Positions 52,749-64,000 of a DNA stretch of 64,000 bases are shown piece by piece (the stretch's first letter is position 1; each line of letters begins with the position of its first letter). A program made the translations under genes and the position numbers. Origin of the DNA: Yuukianura sp. NJ FZ-2021 (Eukaryota); contig CM102288.1 in NCBI GenBank assembly GCA_046563655.1, forward strand, positions 3,038,001-3,102,000. Reading direction: 5' to 3'. Under the pieces are notes generated by a model. It saw nothing but the letters and a program-made list of their open reading frames with translations, did no database searches and had not been told where the DNA came from.

Positions 52749-53484
52749 GTACTGCTTTTTTAAAAACAAGAACTGAACACTCAAGAAATGGAGAATTTAG
52801 CAAAAAGAAAAAATGGAACAGGGCAAAAAGTGCATTATATATAGATATTCCGTAATTCCGTAAGTCGTAATTAACTTTATCTCATTCTCATGCAATCCAG
52901 AATCTAAAACTTCTTAATTTAATTTTTATTTTGAGCTGCAATTAATTAAAATTTAGTCAATTATGTTTAATACAACCGTTTCTCAAATACAACGTAAAAC
53001 AATTGAATTTGATTAAAAAATGGCTGTAAAGTGACAATTTTTTGAATTTTGTTATTTCAAGAAGTTTGGGTTTGAATCTGTGAATTTTATGAAGTGAGGC
53101 AGTGAATTCGGCAGGATGCGGATAGGGGATTATACGGAGCGAAAAGGGCATCCCCTCCTTTGATTTTTTTGTTGAGTGGGAATGTTCTTGGCGGAAAAAA
53201 AAATTGAATGAAGAGGGAGGGAACCTTTTTGAGCCGCATAATTCCCTTTCAGCTTTTGACAAAATCCTGACAGAAGGACAGAACTTTTATAAACTCCACA
53301 GCAAATATTTTGGGAAACAACAATAATCCAACATTTTGAAAACGTTTATATCTCTGGCATCTGGAACGTAATCTTTCTCATTAATCGATTAACGACACCA
53401 CACAGGAGACCACGTAAGCTAAACGTTTTATTTTAACTTTATTAATCAATTAATTAATTGGTTTATCTGAATAGTTACAGGAAA

Positions 53485-54708
53485 ATGGCGGAACAAGAGA
53501 CACCGTACGCACCCGGCTGGGAAATCTTCCCGGAAGATCCGAATGTACCCGAGAGGCCATTGTTTGTCTACAACGATTCGCCGTTACCCCCCGATATGAC
53601 CTTGGAACGACAAAGGGAACTGTTTGATGAAATGAGTACGTGCTTACTAATTATTTGTTCATAAATATCGTAGGTAATTGATCTGTGAAGAATGTAACAC
53701 GTTTTGTCCATTGGTTTAGTTACCCAAGCCACAAAGGAGGAGCTCCAAACCCGACGTCGTCCGACGGAGCCACTTCGACCTCAACGTCCAGCCCATGCGA
53801 CGTTCCTGCCCTCGGCGACCAGTGCTGCCCCTCCATTTTACAATTTCCAAGATGGGAACGCTCAATACTTCGATGCTGTCGAGGTCAAAAGTGCCAAGTA
53901 CATTTCCGTAAGCAGAAGCTCAAGATAATAGTATTGATCGATGACAAGGTAAAGGTTATGAATGCAGTTGTCCACTTCCTGTTTACTTAATTCTAGGTGA
54001 CAATTCGCAGCTCTTTGCAGAAACTTTGTGACCTGGAGTACGACATGACGAAGTGGTACAATGACTTTTACTTTGGCAACAAAATGTACGAGAGAAAGAA
54101 CTGGACGAGGGTACTAATTGGAGGATTCTACGCAGCCTACATTCCAAGACTAGATAGATGGGTCAGGTATTTGTAATCATGAACATTGAAATGACTTCCC
54201 GCATTCAACACATAAACTAACGATACGTTTCCAGAGCTTGGGTGTGCGACGTCGTCTACGCTGACAAGTTGCCCGATTACAAAGCCGGTGCCTACGAAGT
54301 GTTCATGTATTTAATTGACTACGGAGTTGCAGACATGTGTCCTCGACGTTATCTACTTCCCCTGAGAAAAGAGGATGCAGTGCTTCCATTTCAATCGTAC
54401 ATCGCTTCGATTCAGCGTAGGTATAAAACCTTACCTTATTCAATTAGTTTAACAAAAACCATCCATTGTTTATTCAGACAAGTCCGATGCTGAACTCACT
54501 CCCACGCAAGTCGAAAAACTGAAAAATGAATTTGAGGGGAAGTCATTCCGTGCGTCAGTTTTGAGGACTCAGACTTTGCGTGACCTCCCGTTCCAAGTTC
54601 TCGTTGTGAAGTTGCATAAAACTGCTAAGGTATTCCTATAGTCTTGATTTCTTAAACTATTAAAACCGTCTGGAGTTGAGTTAAGCCATTTTCTTCTCTT
54701 AGAATTGA
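53485..54708 (+). CDS. Small protein with a single extended Tudor domain
   Basis: Spliced translation gives IGGFYAAYIPRLDRWVRAWV...VFMYLIDYGVADMCPRRYLLPLRKEDAVLPFQSY, the extended-Tudor pattern (W-x-R, IDYG, L..L....LPFQ). Last exon and stop uncertain. Confidence 0.8.
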
Positions 54709-54999
54709 AGAAACTGAAGTCCAGCAACTTTTCAGCGATTAATCCCCAGTAACATTCCGTTGAAGATTTTGGACCTAAACTAGAAGAAACTTATGCAGGT
54801 TAAGTATAAATTAATGGACTAACTTTTACAGATGAGCTAACTATTGAATAATTTTACTCATTTAATGTTTACGTTGAAAGTGAAAACTTAAAAAGTATTT
54901 ATACGTAATACTTAAGCGTTAAAGGTGGAATTAAAGGTTATAAAAAGAATAAGGGAGTGGAGTAGCTGACCTCTTATTGCTTCCTGAGTTTACTTGACC

Positions 55000-56315
55000 T
55001 TACTGGAAAGTATCGTCGTCTTCAAGTGACTCTTCGTTTTCCATTGGAGGTCGATATCTGGAACACAACAAATTGAATGCAAAAAATTGCAAGGTTAACT
55101 TTTGATGAATTGATTTGAACTTACAAGGGACTGTCAATGTTATTCTCCTGATTTCTGCACTTTTCAAGTTTTCCTTCCAGTGCAGTCACTTCCTCTGCTG
55201 ATGATTTGAATTTGTATTTCTTGACCATTGATCGAATTCCCTTCACCGACTCAATGACAACTGGGAGCCTTTCGGGTGGAATGAGATTCGTGGCGACGTA
55301 GCTGTCAATTGTAATTTTTCGTTTGCTTACACTGTGTAGGACTGCAGCCAGAGCAATCTGAACAGGAAAAAAGTTTATAATAATAATAAGTACTATAATT
55401 ATAATAATTATAACTCTGTTCCTTACCTGCGAAGGGGCATAGAAGAATATGGCATCGGTGAAGAACACTTTTTCCAGAAACTCGTTCACGCCTTCCATGA
55501 TTCCATCAAATGGAGCGTTGATTAGTAATTCGGGTGCTTTCATCTCCAGGTCGACGAGTAACCCGGTTACAGGTCGATATGGATTATGGATCGTGAGGTG
55601 GAACTTTAGGGCACAGATGAGCGGAAATTCGTTGTTGATGACGACTTCACGTACTCTTGGGCGAGACTTCTCATCGATATTGAGTAGGAATTCATCGATG
55701 GACACATTAAATTCTTCGATTTTGCAGGCCAGGAAGACGCACGTTAGGCTAAAAGTAATCAAACACAAATCAATCATTGATATTTAGGAAGTTAATTGTA
55801 ATTCGGTTGTGAATTATGCCCACTTACAAAATGTCTTTGGGATGGTAGTTCATGGCGGAGCTATTCAAGTAAAATCTCTTGTAATAATGAAATGCCGTTC
55901 CAGTAACATTGGGCGGTAGTGGAGGACGAAAGCTTTTGCAGAATTTGAGCATCTGGTGCTCGTACATTGCGATAATTCGTTGCTCCTCTTCAAACGTGAG
56001 GTAAAATGTTGTATCGTCTGGAGCTTTCTGAAATAAAAATCGGCGGAATTATGTCAAATTAAACCAAAGTTAATCTTAAGATGCTGAATTTGTGAATGCT
56101 TACCCCATGCATCGGTCCAAAGGTCTCGACATACTCTTTGTACGTTTCCAGTCTAATTTTCTTTAAAATATCCGGGTCCTCTGGATAAGGTGACACATAA
56201 AGGTTACAATTCACTCACAGTAAAATCTTGTATTAGATTAGAATCCTAAAAATTAGTTTTTAGACCTACTTGGAGAGAACGTCCAGTGCTTCCGTTGTGT
56301 ACTCGTTCCAAACAT
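55000..56315 (-). CDS. CCNH: Cyclin H
   Basis: MFGTSTQRKHWTF start; FCKSFRPPLPPNVTGTAFHYYKRFYLNSSAMNYHPKDIL; LTCVFLACKIEEFNVSIDEF; LKFHLTIHNPYRPVTG; APSQIALAA; KLEKCRNQENN. Confidence 0.95.
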
Positions 56316-56884
56316 ATTCGTCAGGAGCCGCTAATATGACATAAATCTCTGCACCAACGTAAATTACTTGATCGATTAATCGATACACCGTTGATTAGTT
56401 AATTTTAATTAACCTTCAGCTTTTGTTTGACAAAAAACAAAATAAAAATAATAATAGAAACAGCTGATGAGCGCGAGTTGAAATTTCAAATTCAAATTAT
56501 AAAAAAAAACTTTCCCGCCTTCATATAGAATTAAAAATGCAAACAAGTTCCGGCGCGATTTTCAAATCGGAAATTCCAGAAAAGGTGAAAATGATGAAAT
56601 GAGTGAAAACACTGCTTACTGCATTGCCGTTTGTCAGTAGCCCACAGCTTAAATTTCGATTATCCAGAACGTATTAAATCACTGTTCACTGGCGACTGTT
56701 TGGTACTAACTTAACTGACATCACTTTAAGTGCACTTTAAAGCAATTATTAATCTTCCGTTCCTGCTAGTTACCGGTAAATCATTTTTAGCGGAAGATCA
56801 GCGGTGCGAAAAGAAAAGCGAAAGAGAGTAACCAGCTTGCCTTTCTTCCTGTTTCGCGCTACCTTTGGCAACTGAAACAACAAT

Positions 56885-57835
56885 ATGCCAAGAGGTAAGT
56901 AGTCTCATTGTTAGAGATATAAAGTGTCACACCACTTACGTATATTTTGTATTATGTTACAGGAAAGTACGTTAACCATAAAGGAAAGAGTCGCCACTTT
57001 ACGAATCCGGATGACCTGGAACGGGAGCGGAAGAAGGAGCTGGAAGCGCAGCGAAACAAGTGGAGGGTGAGGCTTATTCAAACAAGCATTTGCTAGTAAG
57101 ACTTACTAATGCAAGCATTTTTCATTTAGAACAAGAAAGAAAGTGATGAAGACGAATCTTCTGATGAGGAACAACCCACTGCTGCTGGTGCCGGCAAGAA
57201 ACCCGTAGACGGAGGGGATGAGTCGGGATCTTCTGAAGAATCCGAGTCCGATGAGGATGATGGCAGCGTACGTTTCTACGTATACACCTAAACTTCAGAA
57301 TTTAAGTCACATTTGAATTAATTGAACACATGTTTTTACAGAAAAAGAAGAAAGGAGTTGAAGGACTAATTGAAATAGAAAATCCCAATCGCATCATCCG
57401 TAAACCCAAGAAGGTCAAGGACACTGTCAAGGTGGAGGACGACGATGAAGGAGGGAGTGGGGATGAGGCCGGAGCTGCGGGTGGTGCGACATCTTCCAAA
57501 CCCAAAGTTACTATCGCGGCGTCTACCAAGCCTGAACTTTCTCGTCGTGAACGTGAAGAGCTGGATCGTCAGGTACTAAGCGAAGCCTCATTTTGTTCAA
57601 ATTGTTCCAAGTTTTTCGAAATTGAACGTTTTTCAATTCTTAGAGAGCAAAGGCTCACTACCAGAAACTTCATGCGGAGGGGAAGACAGACGAAGCGAGG
57701 GCTGACTTGGCTCGCCTTGCTTTAGTCCGGAAGCAGAGGGAAGAAGCTGCTAAGAAGCGTGAAGAAGAAAAGAAAGCCAAGGAAGCAGCAGTGGAGGCCA
57801 AGAAGGAAACAATTGGGAAGGCACTTGGCCGATGA
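56885..57835 (+). CDS. PDAP1: 28 kDa heat- and acid-stable phosphoprotein (PDGFA-associated protein 1)
   Basis: [73 protein letters not shown]. Confidence 0.96.
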
Positions 57836-58808
57836 GGCTTGTCCAAGCATTTTCTTACTCCTAATTTCTGTAAGCTTGCCATACATGAGCCCTACCGCTA
57901 ATTGAATAATAATAAGGATTATTATTATTAAATTAATTTTCCAATTAGCCAGAAAATGTATATTTCATTATTCAACTCTCCAATATTTTCCATTTTTCTC
58001 CAATCCTGCTGCTAGTTTCTGCAAATGAAATTAAGAAAGCAGACTTTAAAATGCTCTCAGAATCCTCAGAATTAACTAAAAATTTATAGTTTTCAATACA
58101 AATTCAACAAAATAAATGCAATTTAATGAACTACTCCCACTTGCCTCGCTATTTTCATGTTGATATCAATCTTCCCTTTCAAAATTCCTTAAAAATCATC
58201 TGGATTTATTTCCCTTAGAAATGTAATGTACCAAATTATTTTTTGACTTCCATATAAAAGTTAAGCCTCAACCTGTTTTATCATAAGGTTAATACTTGCG
58301 AATCTATCATAATTTCTTCATAATAACACTAACAAATCAAAATCAGATCACACAGGATTAATCCTTCTCATTCGATTACTTAACAAAAAGATAGATCTGG
58401 ATTGGTGATTCACACCTTGACCTTAGCTAACCTACTGTTTTCGGAACATGCTTTTCTTCAATATCAAATTCAATCAAGAAATGCATGCCAGAATACTAAA
58501 AGTTGCTAAAATCTAACTTAACATTATCTAACGTGACATTAGCTAGAATACGAAAGTAAAAATACTTCAGAATCCTAAACAAGCGCAGATTTAAAATCCG
58601 AAAGTTCTGTTCCAGGAAAATACTGGCAGCGTAAGATCTAAAAAGCTTCCCTCCACCCTGCTTGTCCAATGGACACTGTTGATTCAGCATTATACTCAGC
58701 TTGCAATAATGTTAGTGAAGTACTTACTGATTTAACGGCATTTGTCGGAGTGAATTCAAGTTATTGTCGCATTCTGGATCTTCTAACGGTGGGTTAACCT
58801 CCACAACG

Positions 58809-61800
58809 TCAATTGTTTCTGTTGATGGACATCATGGCCTTGGCTACTCCGTTCATTCCTTCCTTCCTAAGTGCACTGTATAGAACTCCAAAAGTTGCTC
58901 TTTTTGGAAACTTCTCCTTCCAGCTAAGCAGTACTTGGAAGAACAGTTCCCGAGTTCCACCATGACGATGAGTTACTTCTATGTTGATTAAATTGTTCTC
59001 TTCGAGCCACAGTGTTCGTCCAAGACTCTTCCAGCCGGTTATGTGTTCCATCAAGGCAGAAATCTCCCATAAATAAGATTGTTCTAGTTTAGTATTATCA
59101 CATCTGTTGAGTAACAAAAGTATATGATTAATCAATGTCAGTGCCTTAAAATGTTAAAAGTCTACTAGTATTGAATACCTTCGATGGATTGATGAGGCCG
59201 TCGTCTCCGATTTGGCAGTTCTTGCTATAAGGGCAGCTTTGTTACCATTTTCTTCATCGGAAGCCTCCTTGATATCCACGCTATCAGAACTGTCTTCGTC
59301 ACCCTCATCACCAGCAACAGGAGTTCGAGTCCTAGGCCTCTTCGGTTTTGAACATAACGCTGCCCGATTGAGACTCGGGTTTGATCGTTTCTTAGATGGA
59401 CCAGCTCCGGCTAACCCGGAATCTTGCGAAGTCTGAGTGCCTGTCACATCACAAAGAAAAAAACAATGAAAACATGATACACTATGGAAAAGATAGCGCA
59501 GCAGTATCAAGATTTACCAGAAGTATCCGAATCGCTTCCCATTCCGCCAACGCCGTTATAAGCATCTCTAGGTGTCATGGACCCCCTGCCAGAAGATCCA
59601 GTAGATGACCTTGACTGTCGACTTGGAGAGGGAGAGGCTCCGCCTGGAACTTTGAGCTCTCTGTTGACAGTGTACAGAGCCATCACAAATTCATCTGGAG
59701 TTCCTCCTCGGTGTTGGTACATGTTGACCATTGCTACAAATGGATTCTCCGCGTTCTAAACAACAGTTCAAACAAATGAACCAAAATCGTAACAGTCTAA
59801 CGTAAATGTTGCGGTCATAGGTCACTGTACGCTTACTTTAAAATGCTTCTTGACTTCTTGCTTTGTAAATCCAATGTGATGTGCAAACACTTTCCAATTG
59901 TCACCATCCAGAATGAAGAGTCCAGTAGCCAGTTCTTGCAAAGCAACAATGCTCCACCTTTCGTCTCCTCCTCCAGGCGTCTTCTCGCCTTCATATCCAG
60001 ACTGCCAATATAAGACAAATCATGATTCATTATCTTTTAATTAGCGTCAGCTTAATTAAACTTTTAATTAGTTAAAAAATGTTTCCTACCTTTTGCAAGT
60101 TGAATTCAAACAACTTCTCTCCCGGTTTCCCGCCGTTCTGCCTATTCACGATCACTTTTCCAAAAGGTCCACGATCTATCTGTTTGTCCGGTTTAAATCT
60201 AAGGAAAAGCATTTAAAATTAACGCTTCCACTGGATGCTGCGCAATACTAAGTCATTTTGGAATTTGGATTGAAAAAATTCAAAAATACTTACTTGCAGC
60301 AGTACTGGAATTCGAAGTCTCTTCCACGGAAATCTGCTTCCTCTTTCACCAATTCCGGATCTTCTCCAGCATCTTCATCTGCTTCAAAGTAGGCGCTCTT
60401 CAGTCTCACAAAGATTTTTCCTGGACGAACAAGCTTAGGTTTCATGGAAGCTCCCACTTTGTATCGGTAATTGGTGTGTTCCGGCAGTTTCTTATCACTT
60501 CGGAAACAAATGACTTCTAATCCAAATCTACTGCCTTCTCCAGTAGCCGCTGCTTCCTCCATATTGGCTTGACACTTCATGGAAAACGACACGAAAGAAT
60601 GAAAGTAACTCATTCCTACTCGAGCTTCATACAAACTAGCAGAAATCAAGTCCCACACGATTTTGAAGAAACTGAAGTGTGCTACGGTGAAACTGGCAAC
60701 CGTTTGTATTTGATTTCCACCATGTCTCACACGGCGTAGGCTCAGATCGACTTCGATTCGTTCCCAAGCAGTTTCTTCGTCAGGGCCAGTAGAGCTTTGC
60801 CAAACTTGAAGCTGCGCTGAAGAACCGAAGATGCTGACAATTTCATCGTAATTAGGAATTGGAAGATCCACTCGGACTAGATCCGGAAAAAAGTCAAATC
60901 CGTGGGGTTGAAGCATCACCTAGAAAAAAAAATGAATAAAAATTATGATAATTATAAATTATAAGGACTATAGTTATAGATTTTCAAACTATTTCAACCA
61001 GAATTACCGTAATTTTAACAACTTACGATAGGGGATGCTAAAGGTAGATCAGCAGGATGGCCAGTCGCATGTGACCTCATAAACTCCGCAACATGCTGCT
61101 CAGTATCCAGAAAAACGTTAGCTTTTGCTGTGATGTCCTCCTTCAACGACCCCCGTGGAAAGTCAATCTCAATCCATGGAACTTCCGGAACGATCAGTTT
61201 CCCGCCAATTCTTGTCCTTATTTGTTTCTGTGCTTCAATTCCAGCCTCCCTTATCACAACAACGTAAGAACGAAATTCGAACGTTTCAAAAGTAATTCGT
61301 CCACCTTCCAGTGATATGTTCGACTCCTCCAGGAGTGTCCAGTTCATACAAGGATTTCGGTCAGGATGAAATTCCTGTCGACTTTCTGCTTGTAAACAGT
61401 AGATCTTATCACCAGCTGACGGAAGTTGAATCAATGGAATGCTGACAATGGCAGGATATAAGGCACAGAATTTGGTTCCAATTGGCTCCAGCGTTACGGT
61501 GTCACTGGCTCCAATTAGGCGTAGGCCATGTTTCAGAAAGGCTTCTTTCAGAAACAGCGATTCGTTTTTGGTGGAAATCTGGAATGGACAAGGTGGCTCC
61601 GCCGGGACATGCAGGCGACGACGTCGTCGAGGTATTGCTGGAGAGGAACGATGGTGGCTTACAGTCGGATGTTCTGGAATATCCGGAGGTAATTGGTATC
61701 CTTGAAGAGGAATGACAATGTGCACACCATTTTTGGACAACCACTTGCATCCAACGTCTTTTGCACCACTGAGATTTGAAATGTCAAGGTATGAGCTAGA

Positions 61801-62721
61801 ATTGGCACTCCCTGAATTGCTTCTATCGTCGACCCAAACACTTTCAAGCTGTTCTGATTCATTCAAGACGAGAATGACATCAGGAGACTCCGACTCTGCT
61901 TTGGGCTGTGGATCTTCATCGTCCCATGGGCCTGGTCCATGATTAGCCAGATTCTCAGGACTTGGAGGAGAAGCTACTTCGTCAATATCACTCAAGTAGC
62001 CTGGTGACAGCATTTCTCGATGTTGCTGAGACGTTACGGTGGATGATACAGCGGCGCTGTGTTTCCTAATTCTTCTTCTCATCTTCGACTGAGGTCCCAC
62101 TCCACAAGAATCTTCCGACAGAGTTCCATAATCTGATGATCCAACGCTGACAGTATCTACATTTGATGCTTTAGACTTGGACGGTTTAAGATCCACCCCT
62201 GGCAAGGTTTGACTCGACGGAGGAGTTGGTCCGTAACCACTGTCGTCGCTCGTTACGCTTAAATTGAGTCGTGTAATTTCTTTGGTCGGAGCCTCCACCT
62301 TGCTGATTAGCCGTAGAGAACGTCGTTGTTGACGATGATGGTGGTAGGAGGGAACGAAAGGTAAATCCAGTAATGGGACACATGAATTGGGATGCGGCGG
62401 AGGCGGATTGGACCAGAATTCTTCATGCTGCGGTACTAATCCTGTTCCGATTTGATTAACATGCTGTTGTGTTGCTGTATCTTCAATATCATGCGGAAAC
62501 GATGCTTCTTCATCAAAAGGTGGCAGAAATGGTCCTGGTTGATTGTCAAAATTAAGTGACTTCCTTGCTCTAGAAGTTCCTCTGCCACGACGACTTTCTT
62601 CGTTCCTTGGTCCTCTACTACTAGTCGAGCTACTGGAAGCAGCTGAAGTTGGCCGGGAACTGGAACGTCGTCCGCGGAGATGTCTTTCAGTTGACGCAGG
62701 TTTATCGCTTGGGGTACTCAT
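58809..62721 (-). CDS. ZU5-ZU5-UPA-death domain protein (PIDD1/DTHD1-like) with long disordered N-terminus
   Basis: ZU5-like segments (SDTVTLEPIGTKF...VSIP; GGKLIVPEVPWIEIDFPRGSL...ASPIVMLQPHGFDF...VRVDLPIP), HFSFF motif, UPA-like beta region, C-terminal death domain (WKSLGRTL...FFQVLLSWK...TFGVLYSALRKEGMNGVA). Confidence 0.8.
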
Positions 62722-63858
62722 GATTTAGCCCAATGTTCTTGATCTTCTCCTAACAACAAACAAACAAGTGTTAGTTAATCACGAATTAAATTCAATGGTC
62801 TGTAATTGTATTTACCAGTACCGAATGGGTCATTCTTCAATCAAGAAAGATGAATCATCGTTTTCGATTAATCTAAACCTAGTTTGTCTGTCGGTCCCTT
62901 TAAATTTTAAAGTGCTGTAAAAATAAGTCACTGTCACCTTCAATTTACGTTTAATAACCCGCTGGACTAACGGAATGTTAAAAATCACATGGTAAAAGTA
63001 CCGTTAGCCGTTAAGATTAACGTCAAACTAAAGATAAACAAGAAACAGCAGGGCAGTTAAACGATTTTGTTTTGATTTTGATTTACAAATTGGTAATTTG
63101 AATTTTGTACCAACGCTCTCTTTGCCCTTGCAAAATTAGGTTGAGGGTATTCAGAACATGAGGGGAAACCTCTGCACCGAAAGTTCAAAATCTTCCCCGA
63201 TGTTGCAATTTTTACCAAAATTCCTTCATTTTTAACTGCAATTTTAACTTTACATACTCTTCAGCTAGAATTAAAACTTCAATTGCAAAGTTTTATCAAT
63301 AGGAAACTTGCAAGTATTTCTAAAATTAAGCATTTTTGCAAACACATTGAAATTGAACAATATTTGTCCCCCCTTAAATTCCGAAAACGAAGCCATCGCC
63401 ACCTATCGATTGAAAATCGACATTTTAGACTAAACAATTACAATTGCTTTGGGCTTACCGCAACCGATGGTGGGGCAGCCTCAATAATAAACCGTCAATA
63501 AAAGCTATGGCCTCGAATTTGCAGTAACGTTCCTGATTCAGGGAATTCTGAAAAGATAATGGGTTAAATGTCAAGGTCAAGCTCGAACTCACTCACTGTC
63601 ACTATTTACTAACAACTAATTCAACGAAGTAACGAAAAATGGAAGTATCGGGTAGAGAAATGCTGCAGTGGTCGTACGTTGTTGTGAGCCTTCGTGTTTG
63701 AATGACGACACTCGACGTTCTACTGACAGTATATGACGCTTTGACTCCGAAGTGCAGTTTCGGACAGACCTCAACCGAACCCAACAATCCGAACCCTGTT
63801 GCCGACTTTTGCATTCCCGACACATGCCATGCCATGCCGTGCTTAGGATTTGTGGCAC

Positions 63859-63969
63859 CATAACCTAAAATGAATTCAACAAATTAATTTAAAGTCTCAT
63901 TGATTTATTAATTACCGCAACCCCATTTGTTTTTTCTTCATCTTCTTAGCCGTCTTTGTCTCCATATCT
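63859..63969 (-). other. Possible final coding exons of a gene entering from the right edge
   Basis: tttgcag acceptor and CG|gtaatt donor flank an exon open in only one frame (HFEDMETKTAKKMKKKQMGLR), which would splice to LWCHKS*. No family recognised; left boundary approximate. Confidence 0.3.
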
Positions 63970-64000
63970 TCAAAGTGGTCTGCAAACATAATCTTAAAAA

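Overview
Gene-dense, AT-rich eukaryotic DNA with short GT-AG introns of about 55-120 nt. Protein content points to an animal, probably an arthropod; the species cannot be fixed from sequence alone. No prokaryotic features are present. Left to right: 5' part of a canonical eIF4G gene (-), RER1 (+), a partial third eIF4G unit interrupted by a hAT-type MITE remnant (-), an intact but remodelled eIF4G paralogue (-), LRRC45 (+), CLEC16A/ema (-), PRPSAP (-), CLCC1 (+), a divergent LSm2 (+), a two-TM PY-motif protein (-), BUD31 (-), a shortened Nup358/RanBP2-like gene with tandem-duplicated RanBD exons and an intronic hAT MITE (+), EFHD/swiprosin (+), a single-Tudor protein (+), cyclin H (-), PDAP1 (+), and a ZU5/UPA/death-domain PIDD1/DTHD1-like gene (-). 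The most striking structure is the eIF4G cluster. One paralogue keeps the PABP site, MIF4G and MA3 but has lost the eIF4E-binding exon and gained six 129-bp repeats, each carrying an in-phase splice donor. The unit directly downstream keeps the eIF4E-binding motif but stops just before MIF4G. All exon boundaries were read by eye.
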